A model generated the notes under the pieces. It was given only the letters and a program-made list of their open reading frames with translations. It did not search any database and was not told the origin of the DNA. Shown here one piece after another: positions 34,050 to 42,909 of a DNA stretch of 57,589 bases. The first letter of the stretch is position 1. Each line of letters begins with the position of its first letter. The position numbers and the translations under genes are program-made. Origin of the DNA: Oscillospiraceae bacterium (lineage in GTDB: Bacteria; Bacillota; Clostridia; Oscillospirales; CAG-272); contig SVSY01000002.1 in NCBI GenBank assembly GCA_015064065.1, positions 1 through 57,589 of the forward strand, in the 5' to 3' direction.

Positions 34050-35786
34050 ATGAAAAAGCTTATGTTAGGTAACGAGGCTGTCGCTCGCGGTATGCTCGAG
34101 GCAGGCTGCAGCGTAGTATCCTCTTACCCCGGAACTCCATCAACGGAAATAACCGAATTTGCGGCTAAATACGACGATATCTACTGCGAATGGGCACCAA
34201 ACGAAAAGGTTGCCTGCGAGGTAGCGTTCGGAGCATCGCTCTCGGGCAGCAGAGCCGCTTGCTGTATGAAGCACGTCGGACTCAACGTCGCGGCAGACCC
34301 GCTCTTCACACTCTCGTACACCGGTGTCGGCGGCGGACTCGTAGTCTGCGTTGCAGACGACCCCGGAATGCACTCTTCTCAGAACGAGCAGGATTCAAGA
34401 CACTATGCAATAGCGGCAAAGCTCCCTATGCTCGAGCCCTCCGACTCTGCGGAAGCAAAGGCATTCGTTAAGCTCGCGTTCGAGCTTTCGGAAAAGTACG
34501 ATACTCCCGTAATTTTCCGCACCTGCACGCGCATAGCACATTCTCAGTGTGCCGTCGAGCTCGAAGAGCCTATCGCCGCACCCAAAAAGGAATACGTAAA
34601 AAATCCCCAGAAATACATAATGGCGCCCGCAAACGCCATCCGCAGACACCCCGTAGTCGAGGCAAGAACGGCGGCGCTCGTCGAATATGCGGAAAATTGC
34701 GAGCTCAACAGAGTTGAGTACGCAGAAAACGGCTCTCTCGGTATCATAACCTCGGGAACCTGCTATCAGTACGTAAAAGAGGTATTCGGCGACAGCGTTT
34801 CGGTGCTCAAGCTCGGTCTTGTAAATCCTCTTCCCGAAAAGCTTATACTTGATTTTGCCGCTAAGGTAGACAGACTTGTAGTTATCGAGGAGCTCGATCC
34901 CGTGATCGAGGATCACTGCAAGGCTCTCGGTCTTAAGGTCGACGGAAAGAACATCTTCCCCATCTGCGGAGAATTTTCGCAGTCGCTCATCGCAAAGGTA
35001 ATGGGCGTTGAGGGCAAGGAATTTACCACTCCCGACGAGGTCGCTCCCGTACGTCCTCCCGTAATGTGTGCAGGCTGTCCCCACAGAGGTCTGTTCTACG
35101 TTCTCGCAAAGAAGAAGATAACCGTGCTCGGCGACATCGGCTGCTATACGCTCGGCTCTGCCGCTCCGCTCAACGCTATCGACTCTGTTCTCTGTATGGG
35201 CGCGTCGGTATCGGGTCTCCACGGCTTTAATAAGGCTTCGGGAGCGGACGCCGAGAAGAAGACTGTCGCAGTCATCGGCGACTCGACCTTTATGCACTCG
35301 GGTATGACCGGACTTGCAAATATCGCCTACAACGGAACTAATTCCACGGTCATTATCGTTGATAACTCGATAACAGGTATGACGGGTCACCAGCAGAACC
35401 CCACTACCGGATATAATATTAAGGGCGACCCCGCTACTAAGATCGATCTTGAGGCACTCTGCCACGCCCTCGGCATAAACAGAGTACGCGTAGTAGACCC
35501 ATACGATCTTAAGGCGACTGAAAAGGTAATAATGGAAGAGATCGCGGCTGACGAGCCCTCTGTCATCATCTCGCGCCGTCCCTGCGCTCTTCTCAAGTAC
35601 GTAAAGGCAAAGCCCGCGCTCACGATAGACCCCGACAAGTGCCGCACCTGCAAGGCTTGTATGAAGCTCGGCTGTCCCGCCATCAGCATCAAGAACGGCA
35701 AGGCAGTTATCGATGCTACTCTCTGCGTTGGTTGCGGAATCTGCCAGCAGCTCTGCGCTTTCGGTGCAATAGGAGGTAACGAATAA
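34050..35786 (+). CDS. iorA: indolepyruvate:ferredoxin oxidoreductase, alpha subunit
   Basis: 578 aa with N-terminal LMLGNEA.ARG..EAG......YPGTPSTEI, TPP-binding GDIGCYTLG / GDSTFMHSG, and a C-terminal double 4Fe-4S motif (CRTCKAC..LGCP, CVGCGICQQLC). Confidence 0.85.
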   Translation: MKKLMLGNEAVARGMLEAGCSVVSSYPGTPSTEITEFAAKYDDIYCEWAPNEKVACEVAFGASLSGSRAACCMKHVGLNVAADPLFTLSYTGVGGGLVVCVADDPGMHSSQNEQDSRHYAIAAKLPMLEPSDSAEAKAFVKLAFELSEKYDTPVIFRTCTRIAHSQCAVELEEPIAAPKKEYVKNPQKYIMAPANAIRRHPVVEARTAALVEYAENCELNRVEYAENGSLGIITSGTCYQYVKEVFGDSVSVLKLGLVNPLPEKLILDFAAKVDRLVVIEELDPVIEDHCKALGLKVDGKNIFPICGEFSQSLIAKVMGVEGKEFTTPDEVAPVRPPVMCAGCPHRGLFYVLAKKKITVLGDIGCYTLGSAAPLNAIDSVLCMGASVSGLHGFNKASGADAEKKTVAVIGDSTFMHSGMTGLANIAYNGTNSTVIIVDNSITGMTGHQQNPTTGYNIKGDPATKIDLEALCHALGINRVRVVDPYDLKATEKVIMEEIAADEPSVIISRRPCALLKYVKAKPALTIDPDKCRTCKACMKLGCPAISIKNGKAVIDATLCVGCGICQQLCAFGAIGGNE

Positions 35787-36358
35787 TGAGTCAGACAAAG
35801 AATATAATGATAGTCGGCGTCGGCGGTCAGGGCTCGCTTCTTGCAAGCAAGCTGCTCGGCAAGCTCCTTTGCAACGAGGGTTACGACGTTAAGGTATCCG
35901 AGGTACACGGAATGAGTCAGAGAGGCGGAAGCGTCGTTACCTACGTACGCTACGGCGACAAGGTGTACTCCCCTATCATCGATAAGGGAGAGGCTGACTT
36001 TATCGTTTCCTTTGAGAAGCTTGAAGCTCTCAGATACGCTTCTTATCTCAAGAAGGGCGGAAAGATCATCGTAAATACACAGGAGATCGACCCGATGCCC
36101 GTTATCACGGGAGCGGCTGAGTATCCTCACGACTCGCTTGAGCATCTCAAGGCTCTCGGCGTTGACGTTGACGCTATCGACGCTCTCACCCCTGCACTCG
36201 AGGCAGGCTCTGCTAAGGCTACCAACATCGTGCTTATGGGCAGACTTTCAAAGGATCTCGGCATCGACAAGGAAAAGTGGATAGCCGCACTCAAGGAAAG
36301 CGTTGCTCCCAAGTTCGTCGAAATGAACCTCAAGGCTTTCGATCTCGGAAGAGCTTAA
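35786..36358 (+). CDS. iorB: indolepyruvate:ferredoxin oxidoreductase, beta subunit
   Basis: 190 aa. Its start overlaps the iorA stop (TAATG). It has IMIVGVGGQG and HGMSQRGGSV motifs. Confidence 0.8.
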   Translation: MSQTKNIMIVGVGGQGSLLASKLLGKLLCNEGYDVKVSEVHGMSQRGGSVVTYVRYGDKVYSPIIDKGEADFIVSFEKLEALRYASYLKKGGKIIVNTQEIDPMPVITGAAEYPHDSLEHLKALGVDVDAIDALTPALEAGSAKATNIVLMGRLSKDLGIDKEKWIAALKESVAPKFVEMNLKAFDLGRA

Positions 36359-36400
36359 AAGAGTAGGATATCCGAATACAAAAACGGTTTTTATCAATAA

Positions 36401-36429
36401 CAAAAACGGCTGAGCGAATTGCTCAGCCG
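36401..36429 (-). terminator. terminator of the zur-znu operon (weakly bidirectional toward iorB)
   Basis: Stem cggctgagc/gctcagccg with loop gaatt, lying 4 nt downstream of the znuB stop. On the minus strand it is followed by TTTTT. Confidence 0.65.
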
Positions 36430-36432
36430 CTT

Positions 36433-37269
36433 CTATTTTAATTTTCCTATCAAAAAACAGACTAAAAACGCAAGTATGTCTATCGCCACTATCGTCGGTC
36501 CTACGGGGGTTGACGCAAGTATCGCGCTAAGTATGCCTACTATCGCACAGACGGTCGATATGAGCGCCGCGCAAATGACGACTCCCCTGAAGGTCTTTGC
36601 AAGACGCATAGCCGAGAGCGCGGGAAATATCACGAGCGCCGATATAAGAAGCGAGCCGACAAGGTTCATAGCAAGAACGATGATAACGGCGGTTATGACG
36701 GCTATTATAAGATTATAGAGCGAAGCGCGCACGCCCGACGCGGTAGCAAAGCTCTCATCAAAGGTAACTGCAAATATGCGGTTATACAAAAGCACAAAGA
36801 GCGCTATTACCACGACCGACAACAGGACGCAGAGGATCACCTCGAGCCGTGTCAGCGTTATTATCGAAAACGAGCCGAAAAGCGTACTGCAAACGTCGCC
36901 CGCAACGTTCGACGAGCTTGAAAAGACACTCATAACAAGATAGCCTATTGCAAGCGCACCCGCAGAGAGCATCGCTATCGCCGCATCACCCTTTATTTTT
37001 GCGTTTCTGCCGCTCATCAGAAGCAGTATCGCGCTTATTACGGTCACGGGAAGAACTATGAGCATATTGTCGCTCACGCCTATCACCGTCGCAATAGCAA
37101 GCGCGCCGAAGGCAACGTGCGAAAGTCCGTCGCCGATAAACGAAAAACGCTTGAGAACGAGCACCACGCCAAACAGCGAGGAGCAGAGCGCTATCAGCGT
37201 TCCGACGATGAGCGCGAACCACACGAATTCATAGGAAAAATATTTTGCGAGAAGCTCAAATACACTCAT
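36433..37269 (-). CDS. znuB: metal (zinc-type) ABC transporter permease
   Basis: 278 aa, ABC-3 family look (FSFIGDGLSHVAFGALA), with about 8 TM helices. Its start overlaps the znuC stop by 4 nt. Confidence 0.75.
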   Translation of the reverse strand: MSVFELLAKYFSYEFVWFALIVGTLIALCSSLFGVVLVLKRFSFIGDGLSHVAFGALAIATVIGVSDNMLIVLPVTVISAILLLMSGRNAKIKGDAAIAMLSAGALAIGYLVMSVFSSSSNVAGDVCSTLFGSFSIITLTRLEVILCVLLSVVVIALFVLLYNRIFAVTFDESFATASGVRASLYNLIIAVITAVIIVLAMNLVGSLLISALVIFPALSAMRLAKTFRGVVICAALISTVCAIVGILSAILASTPVGPTIVAIDILAFLVCFLIGKLK

Positions 37270-37958
37270 TTCGCACCTCCCGACAGATATTCTCTTCTGT
37301 AATCGTCTACCGAGTCGAAAAATCTCGGCTCACCGCTCATTCTAAGCACGCCCGTGGCGTCGCAAAGTGCGTTTTCGATGTCGTGCGTGACCATTATTAT
37401 GGTTATTCCCATATGCTTATTGAGATGCTCGATAAGCGAATAAAGCGATCTCGACGCATCGGGGTCAAGTCCCGACACGGGCTCGTCAAGAAGGAGCACC
37501 TTTTTTGCCGCGCAAAGTGCGCGGGCGAGCAGAACTCTTTGCTGTTGACCGCCCGACAGCTCGCGATAGCTGCGGTCGGCAAGCTCGTATATGCCCATTA
37601 TCTTCATATTCTGTTCAGCCTCGAGTCGCTCCGCTCTTCCAAAGAAGGCGCGCTTTCCAAGTCCTCCGACACAGCCCGAGACTACCACTTCGCGCACCGA
37701 GGCGGGAAAATCGCGCTGAGCCTCGCTCTGCTGAGGAAGATATCCTATATCTCTGCGCGAAAGCCCCTCTCCGAGCTCCACGCTTCCCGCCTGTGCGCTT
37801 TTAAGCGACAGGAGCGTTTTGACGAGCGTGCTCTTTCCTGAGCCGTTATCTCCGACTATGCAAAGATAGTCGCCCGCCTCAACGCAAAAATTTATTCCCT
37901 CGCACACGGCGTGTCCGTCGTATCCGAGTGTAAGATCCTTGCAAATTATTTGCGACAT
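37266..37958 (-). CDS. znuC: metal (zinc-type) ABC transporter ATP-binding protein
   Basis: Walker A GDNGSGKST, signature LSGGQQQR, Walker B LLLDEP. The start was set at the ATG at 37958 (MSQIICKDL...) behind AGGAGAA. The longer track ORF would overlap znuA. Confidence 0.8.
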   Translation of the reverse strand: MSQIICKDLTLGYDGHAVCEGINFCVEAGDYLCIVGDNGSGKSTLVKTLLSLKSAQAGSVELGEGLSRRDIGYLPQQSEAQRDFPASVREVVVSGCVGGLGKRAFFGRAERLEAEQNMKIMGIYELADRSYRELSGGQQQRVLLARALCAAKKVLLLDEPVSGLDPDASRSLYSLIEHLNKHMGITIIMVTHDIENALCDATGVLRMSGEPRFFDSVDDYRREYLSGGAK

Positions 37959-37959
37959 T

Positions 37960-39000
37960 TTAATTCTCCTGATCATTGATACCGAGCGCGCTCTCAAGCA
38001 CACTCAGATTTTTCTTCATTACCGAAAGATAGCTCTCTCCACGCGCTATCCTGCCCTTGCCCACCGCCTGCAAGGAGTCCATAACGAGCACTCTGCTCAC
38101 ACCTCGCTTTGATGAAGACGCCACGGTATTGGCAAGCGCGCGGTCCGAGCTTTCGGTAACTATTATGCAGTCGAGCATATGCGCGTCAGCCTCCTCTATG
38201 AGTCTGAGCACGGTTGCAAAATCCGCATCGACGTCTGTGCTGCAGCCCTCGAATGCCGCCGCGTAGTCTATTCCGTAATCTTCAAGCAGATAAATGAAGG
38301 GAAAGCGGTCACAAAACAGCATAAAACGCTTGTCCTCAGTCACGGACGCGACGGCTGACGCGTACTCTGCGTCAAGAGCGGCGAGCGATGCAACGTATTC
38401 TGCCGTATTTTTTCTGTATCCCTCTGCTCCGTCGGGGTCGAGAGCGCACAGCTCCTCGCAAAGAGCCTTACAGATGAGCGCGGCATTTTTGAGCGAGAGC
38501 CACACGTGCTCGTCAAGCGCGCCGTGATCGTGTCCGCCGTGCTCGCTATGATCGTGTCCGTCGTGCTCGCTATGGTCGTGGCCGTCGTGTCCGCCGTGCT
38601 CTGACTCGGAAGAGATATTTTTCAGCGTGATCCCCTCGCACTCGGTCAGCGCTACGCGGCGAAGCGAGGAATTTTCCGCGCGCTCGATAGCCTCGGCGAC
38701 CCACGTGTCGATATTAGAGCCGAGATATACTATCATATCGCAATCGGATATCTCCATAATATCCGCCGCCGTCGGCTGATAACTGTGCACGTCCGTGCCG
38801 TTATCTATCAGAAGCGAGAGCTCTACCCGCTCGCTCTCGCCGACGATATTCCTCAGCCAATCGTATTGCACAAAAAGCGTGCAGACTATCTTTATCCTTG
38901 AATCCTCTCCTCGCTCCTTGGCGCAGGAAAAGAGAGGCAGGCAAAGGCAGATCAATAGCAACACGGCGACGGTGCGTAAAAATATAGCGCGCTTAGCCAT
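37960..39000 (-). CDS. znuA: metal-binding lipoprotein of the ZnuA/AdcA family with a His-rich loop
   Basis: The start was set at 39000 (MAKRAIFLRTVAVLLLICLCLPLFSC, lipobox LFSC), overlapping the zur stop by 8 nt. The His-rich loop ESEHGGHDGHDHSEHDGHDHSEHGGHDHG is partly encoded by a 2 x 24-nt tandem repeat at 38540-38587. Confidence 0.8.
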   Translation of the reverse strand: MAKRAIFLRTVAVLLLICLCLPLFSCAKERGEDSRIKIVCTLFVQYDWLRNIVGESERVELSLLIDNGTDVHSYQPTAADIMEISDCDMIVYLGSNIDTWVAEAIERAENSSLRRVALTECEGITLKNISSESEHGGHDGHDHSEHDGHDHSEHGGHDHGALDEHVWLSLKNAALICKALCEELCALDPDGAEGYRKNTAEYVASLAALDAEYASAVASVTEDKRFMLFCDRFPFIYLLEDYGIDYAAAFEGCSTDVDADFATVLRLIEEADAHMLDCIIVTESSDRALANTVASSSKRGVSRVLVMDSLQAVGKGRIARGESYLSVMKKNLSVLESALGINDQEN

Positions 39001-39412
39001 TCTTGCCCCCGATCTTGCACTCAGCACAGTTGCCAAAAAGCAGAGTGTCCTCTTCACTGACCGAAAAATCCTTCATCAAACGCACCTGCTCAAGCAGTGC
39101 GTCCGAAGTGGCGCGATCAAGGTGCAATATCTTGCCGCAGCTAAGACATTTCAGATGCAGATGATTTCTGCAATGATCGTCGGCAATGATTCGGTAAGAA
39201 AAGCGTCTGCTTCCCTCGCCCGCAAAGCGCTGTACGCGCTTCTCCTCGCAAAGACGGGTCATAAGTCTGTAGACCGTGCTCCGCCCGAGCGAATGCTCGC
39301 CCGACGAGCTTTTGATGCCCTCGACTATCTCGTCTATGGTATATGATCTGTCGCTGTTGCGCTCCAAAAAATCAAGCAACAGCTTTTTCTGTTCGGTATT
39401 GTATTCTGACAT
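38993..39412 (-). CDS. zur: Fur-family transcriptional repressor, zinc-uptake regulator type
   Basis: A winged-helix N-domain (GRSTVYRLM) with HCRNHLHLKCLSCGK and C-terminal CAECK metal sites. The start was set at 39412 (MSEYNTEQKK...). It is the first gene of the znu operon with a palindromic box upstream. Confidence 0.75.
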   Translation of the reverse strand: MSEYNTEQKKLLLDFLERNSDRSYTIDEIVEGIKSSSGEHSLGRSTVYRLMTRLCEEKRVQRFAGEGSRRFSYRIIADDHCRNHLHLKCLSCGKILHLDRATSDALLEQVRLMKDFSVSEEDTLLFGNCAECKIGGKNG

Positions 39413-39423
39413 AGCATCTCCAA

Positions 39424-39442
39424 TTTGAGAATTATTCTCAAA
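39424..39442. promoter_or_regulatory. Zur/Fur-type operator, perfect 9-1-9 palindrome
   Basis: TTTGAGAAT T ATTCTCAAA lies immediately downstream of the -10 hexamer of the zur promoter. Confidence 0.7.
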
Positions 39443-39443
39443 T

Positions 39444-39472
39444 ATTATACACAAAACGCTCGCTTTTGTCAA
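39444..39472 (-). promoter_or_regulatory. consensus sigma-A promoter of zur-znuACB
   Basis: The minus strand reads TTGACA (39472-39467), a 17-nt spacer and TATAAT (39449-39444). Confidence 0.65.
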
Positions 39473-39484
39473 GAGCTTTTGCAA

Positions 39485-39511
39485 TAAAAAACGGGCTGCC
39501 GTGGCAGCCCG
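39485..39511 (-). terminator. rho-independent terminator of the 39536-40504 lipoprotein gene
   Basis: Stem cgggctg/cagcccg with loop ccgtgg, followed on the minus strand by TTTTTT. Confidence 0.7.
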
Positions 39512-39535
39512 TGGGGAAAATAGTTTGCATTACTA

Positions 39536-40504
39536 TCAATAGATTTGTGCATTTCCATTAAATATATGGATATCTGTGATTTTGTCGGATGAAGCTACCG
39601 AGATCAATTTAGTATGACAATTCAATCTTGTATCATCTTCAAAGCTAAATGTAAATCCCATCCCGCTTGCCCAAGGCTCTGCATTCACTCCCAAAACCTC
39701 TTGTATTTCGGAAATTGTTTGGCCTGATGTAATTTTTAATCGTGCTGCTTCCGCTAATGTGTTAGTTTCATTACTATCCCAAACATCTACAAACGATACT
39801 GTGAAATCATATATATTATCGGGAACTTCATTTTCGGCATAGCTACTATAAATCTGGCTAATATACACATTTATACCCAGATTATCGTCAAAAATCCACT
39901 TATACTTCGGGCAATCGCCGCTATAAAAACTCCATCGGTCTGCCTCTAACAAAGTTGCAATTTCTTGAATAGTTTTTCCTGATACAATTTCGTTTGCTTT
40001 TTCATCAGGTATTTTGGCTATAGTAAAAAGGTGCGAAAACTCTTCACATGTTTGGCGAAAGTCTTCACAAACCAACAACCCTTTCTCCGTAAAGTTAAAT
40101 TTAACAAATATATGAGAAAAACTGCCACCGTCCATAAACAACCAATCGTATATAAGTGTCGGTGCTCCAACAAGTTCTCCTTCGCACTTCAGTAATTCAC
40201 ATATTTCGCCATATGTCTTTGCATTTTTTAATTGATTTTTTAAGGCTGAATTAAACGAAACACCGTTTATTACGATATCGGTGCTTTGCGGTTCGGTTGC
40301 TTTTTCGGTGGGCTTTTCCGTGGGTTTATCCGTACCATTTTCAGCATCAGTAAGCTCTGCTTCGGTGATTTCGACGGTATCTTCAGGCGTATGTATGTTC
40401 TGTTGGTCTTTTTCATTACTTTTGTTGCACGTACCACACGCAGAGAGTAAAAGTAAAAGTGAAAAAATCAATAACATCGAGATAATTTTTTTGAAATTTT
40501 TCAT
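39536..40504 (-). CDS. lipoprotein of unknown function with three internal ~75-aa repeats; low-GC gene
   Basis: Signal peptide plus lipobox (LLLLLSAC), a TDKPTEKPTEKATEP linker, and three repeats with the motif G-[KQ]-T-x-x-E-I-x-x-L-L (AKTYGEICELL, GKTIQEIATLL, GQTISEIQEVL). A hand count of the 60 nt at 39541-39600 gives about 32% GC, against roughly 50% estimated for the flanks. Confidence 0.6.
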   Translation of the reverse strand: MKNFKKIISMLLIFSLLLLLSACGTCNKSNEKDQQNIHTPEDTVEITEAELTDAENGTDKPTEKPTEKATEPQSTDIVINGVSFNSALKNQLKNAKTYGEICELLKCEGELVGAPTLIYDWLFMDGGSFSHIFVKFNFTEKGLLVCEDFRQTCEEFSHLFTIAKIPDEKANEIVSGKTIQEIATLLEADRWSFYSGDCPKYKWIFDDNLGINVYISQIYSSYAENEVPDNIYDFTVSFVDVWDSNETNTLAEAARLKITSGQTISEIQEVLGVNAEPWASGMGFTFSFEDDTRLNCHTKLISVASSDKITDIHIFNGNAQIY

Positions 40505-40541
40505 AAAAATCTCCTTTCTTCGTTAATGAATTTCAAAATAA

Positions 40542-40579
40542 GCAAAAATCCGCTGTCGAGGCAAGCCCTGCGACAGCGG
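40542..40579 (-). promoter_or_regulatory. terminator-like hairpin inside the 5' leader of the lipoprotein gene (possible attenuator)
   Basis: Minus strand: CCGCTGTCG, a 12-nt loop, CGACAGCGG, then ATTTTTGC. It lies between the predicted promoter (40620-40648) and the RBS/ATG (40504). Confidence 0.4.
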
Positions 40580-40619
40580 CGAATTGGTTTTTCTCAAGGG
40601 TATATTACCTCTTGGCTAA

Positions 40620-40648
40620 AGTATAGCATATTTATGGTGTTGTGTCAA
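40620..40648 (-). promoter_or_regulatory. sigma-A promoter of the lipoprotein gene
   Basis: The minus strand reads TTGACA (40648-40643), a 17-nt spacer and TATACT (40625-40620). Confidence 0.5.
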
Positions 40649-40707
40649 TGCTGTTTTAGATGTTTGTAGGAGTGTACAAAATCAAATATACAAAATTGTA
40701 TCTCTTA

Positions 40708-40748
40708 AACAAGAAGTCCGACAGAATACTGTCGCATTCTGTCGGAAC
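40708..40748 (-). terminator. rho-independent terminator of glyA
   Basis: An 11-bp stem tccgacagaat/attctgtcgga with an 8-nt loop, followed on the minus strand by TTCTTGTTT. It begins about 17 nt after the glyA stop. Confidence 0.65.
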
Positions 40749-40764
40749 GACTTTATTTTAAATT

Positions 40765-42012
40765 TTACTTATACAAGGGATACTTCTTGCAGATCTCTGC
40801 AACCGCCTCGCGAACTGCGGGAGCGGAGTTTTCGTAATCCTTTGCGGTAAGACCGAGAAGATGTGCAAGAGTCTTCATGTCCTCTGCGTTAAGACCTCTC
40901 GAGGTAACTGCGGGAGTTCCTACGCGGACGCCCGAGGTAACGAAGGGCTTCTCGGGGTCGTTGGGAATAGAATTCTTGTTAGCCGTGATATGAACGCTGT
41001 CAAGACGTGCCTCGAACTCCTTGCCCGTAACGTGCATAGGACGAAGGTCAACGAGCATAAGGTGGTTGTCCGTACCGCCCGTAACGAGATCAAAACCTTC
41101 AGCAAGAAGTCCCTCTGCGAGCGTGCGTGCGTTTACTACGACGTTGTGCTGATACTCCTTGAACTCGGGCTTGAGCGCCTCACCGAAGCAAACAGCCTTT
41201 GCCGCGATAACGTGCATAAGAGGTCCGCCCTGTGTTCCGGGGAATATTGCCTTGTTTATCTTCTTTGCGATCTCCTCGTCGTTAGTCAGTATCATACCGC
41301 CGCGAGGTCCGCGAAGAGTCTTGTGGGTGGTGGTGGTAACTACGTCAGCGTAAGGAATAGGCGAGGGATGCTCACCTGCGGCAACGAGACCTGCGATATG
41401 AGCCATATCGACCATAAAGTATGCACCTACGCTGTGCGCGATTGCAGCCATCTTTTCAAAGTCGATAATTCTCGGATACGCGGACGCGCCCGCAACGATA
41501 AGCTTCGGCTTGTGCTGCTTTGCGAGCTTTTCAAACTCGTCGAGATCAATTCTCTCGGTTACGGGGTTGAGCTCGTAGGGAATGAAATTATAATACATAC
41601 CCGAAATGTTTACGGGGCTTCCGTGAGTAAGGTGTCCTCCGTGTGCAAGACTCATACCCATTACCGTGTCGCCGGGCTTGATAAGTGCGAAATAGACCGC
41701 AGTATTTGCCTGCGCTCCGCTGTGAGGCTGAACGTTGGCATATTTTGCTCCGAAGAGCTTGCAAGCGCGCTCGATAGCGATATTCTCCGCTATATCAACG
41801 CACTGACAGCCGCCGTAGTATCTCTTTGCAGGATATCCCTCGGCGTATTTGTTGGTGAGGACCGAGCCCATAGCGCAAAGCACTGCCTCGGAAACGACGT
41901 TCTCAGAAGCGATAAGCTCAAGGCCGTCTACCTGTCTTTCGTATTCTGCTCTTATAGCATCGGCTATCTCGGGGTCTGTGCGGGACACAAGGTCCATCAT
42001 TTCGTGGATCAT
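40765..42012 (-). CDS. glyA: serine hydroxymethyltransferase
   Basis: 415 aa with LIASEN, YAEGYP..RYYGGC, and the PLP-lysine region [15 protein letters not shown]. Confidence 0.95.
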   Translation of the reverse strand: MIHEMMDLVSRTDPEIADAIRAEYERQVDGLELIASENVVSEAVLCAMGSVLTNKYAEGYPAKRYYGGCQCVDIAENIAIERACKLFGAKYANVQPHSGAQANTAVYFALIKPGDTVMGMSLAHGGHLTHGSPVNISGMYYNFIPYELNPVTERIDLDEFEKLAKQHKPKLIVAGASAYPRIIDFEKMAAIAHSVGAYFMVDMAHIAGLVAAGEHPSPIPYADVVTTTTHKTLRGPRGGMILTNDEEIAKKINKAIFPGTQGGPLMHVIAAKAVCFGEALKPEFKEYQHNVVVNARTLAEGLLAEGFDLVTGGTDNHLMLVDLRPMHVTGKEFEARLDSVHITANKNSIPNDPEKPFVTSGVRVGTPAVTSRGLNAEDMKTLAHLLGLTAKDYENSAPAVREAVAEICKKYPLYK

Positions 42013-42171
42013 TATATATTCCTCCTAAAATTATTACGTATTAAGACCAAAAAACAAATCGGCATTTTAGTATATTATAATGTATTTTTCCCGAAAACGC
42101 AATAGCAAATTTTCTTTTTTTGAAAATTTTTTCATTTTTTATGAAAAATATTGAAAATTTATAATCATATA

Positions 42172-42201
42172 TTGACAAGAACACTTTTTTTGTGGTATAA
42201 T
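42172..42201 (+). promoter_or_regulatory. sigma-A promoter (extended -10) for mgsA
   Basis: TTGACA (42172-42177), an 18-nt spacer and TGgTATAAT (TATAAT at 42196-42201). Confidence 0.5.
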
Positions 42202-42259
42202 GTATAAGTAAATGTTGCTTTTTTAAGCTTTGCACAATAAGATTCGGAGGTACAACGTT

Positions 42260-42679
42260 ATGCAGATCGCGATCATCGCGCACGATATGAAAAAAGAGTT
42301 AATGGCACAGTTTTGTATTGCATATTGCGGAACGTTAAGTAAACACCGTCTTTGTGCGACTGCCGTAACGGCTAAATACATCTCTGAAGCCACGGGTCTT
42401 GAGATAGATAAGATGATGGCGGGAGATCAAGGCGGCGAGGAGCAGATTGCTTCGCGAATTGCCTATAACGAGATAGATATCCTTCTCTACTTCAGAGACA
42501 CCCGCCCCAATCAGAAGGAAAATCCCGCAGGCATCGAGCTTTTGAGAGTCTGCGATGCAAACAATATCCCCGTTGCAACAAATATCGCAACGGCAGAGGT
42601 CGTCATCAACGCGCTTGAGCGCGGCGATCTCGATTGGAGAGAGATAGTAAATCCCCACTCCGCGCTTAACAGAAAATAA
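42260..42679 (+). CDS. mgsA: methylglyoxal synthase
   Basis: MQIAIIAHDMKKELM..., ATAVTA, GDQGGEEQI, DILLYFRD and NIPVATN match MgsA. The start was set at the ATG at 42260 behind GGAGG rather than at the track start 42230. Confidence 0.85.
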   Translation: MQIAIIAHDMKKELMAQFCIAYCGTLSKHRLCATAVTAKYISEATGLEIDKMMAGDQGGEEQIASRIAYNEIDILLYFRDTRPNQKENPAGIELLRVCDANNIPVATNIATAEVVINALERGDLDWREIVNPHSALNRK

Positions 42680-42699
42680 GCGCAAACGTAAAGACACGT

Positions 42700-42878
42700 C
42701 GGTCTGACAACTCCGCTACAGAGAGGAAGCGAGGCTACGCCTGCTGAAACGCTTCTGCGACAGTTCTTACACGATACCACTTTTCGTTATACAAATCAAT
42801 ACACTCAAGTTATAAGACCGAGTGGAACCGCGCATATGCGCCTCGGACGGCTTTTGCCGTCCGAGGCTTTTATTTTTT
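42700..42878 (+). promoter_or_regulatory. T-box riboswitch leader (threonine-specific) controlling thrS
   Basis: An AGAGAG motif at 42719-42724 in stem I, Thr codons ACG (42771) and ACC (42776) in the candidate specifier region, T-box core aGUGGAACCGCG (UGGA at 42823-42826), and the terminator gcctcggacggc/gccgtccgaggc + TTTTATTTTTT (42840-42878). The 5' arm of the terminator can pair alternatively with ccgag at 42818. Confidence 0.8.
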
Positions 42879-42909
42879 AATTATAATTTACTCATAGGAG
42901 GATACAACA

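Noticed and set aside
37960-39484. Longer track ORFs for znuC (to 38003), znuA (to 39057), zur (to 39484), the G1PDH-like gene (to 9061) and mgsA (from 42230).
   Set aside because: The extended N-termini overlap the preceding gene or promoter or operator elements and lack RBSs. Internal ATGs with GGAG-type RBSs give products that begin where the families normally begin. For znuA, this start also creates a proper lipoprotein signal peptide.
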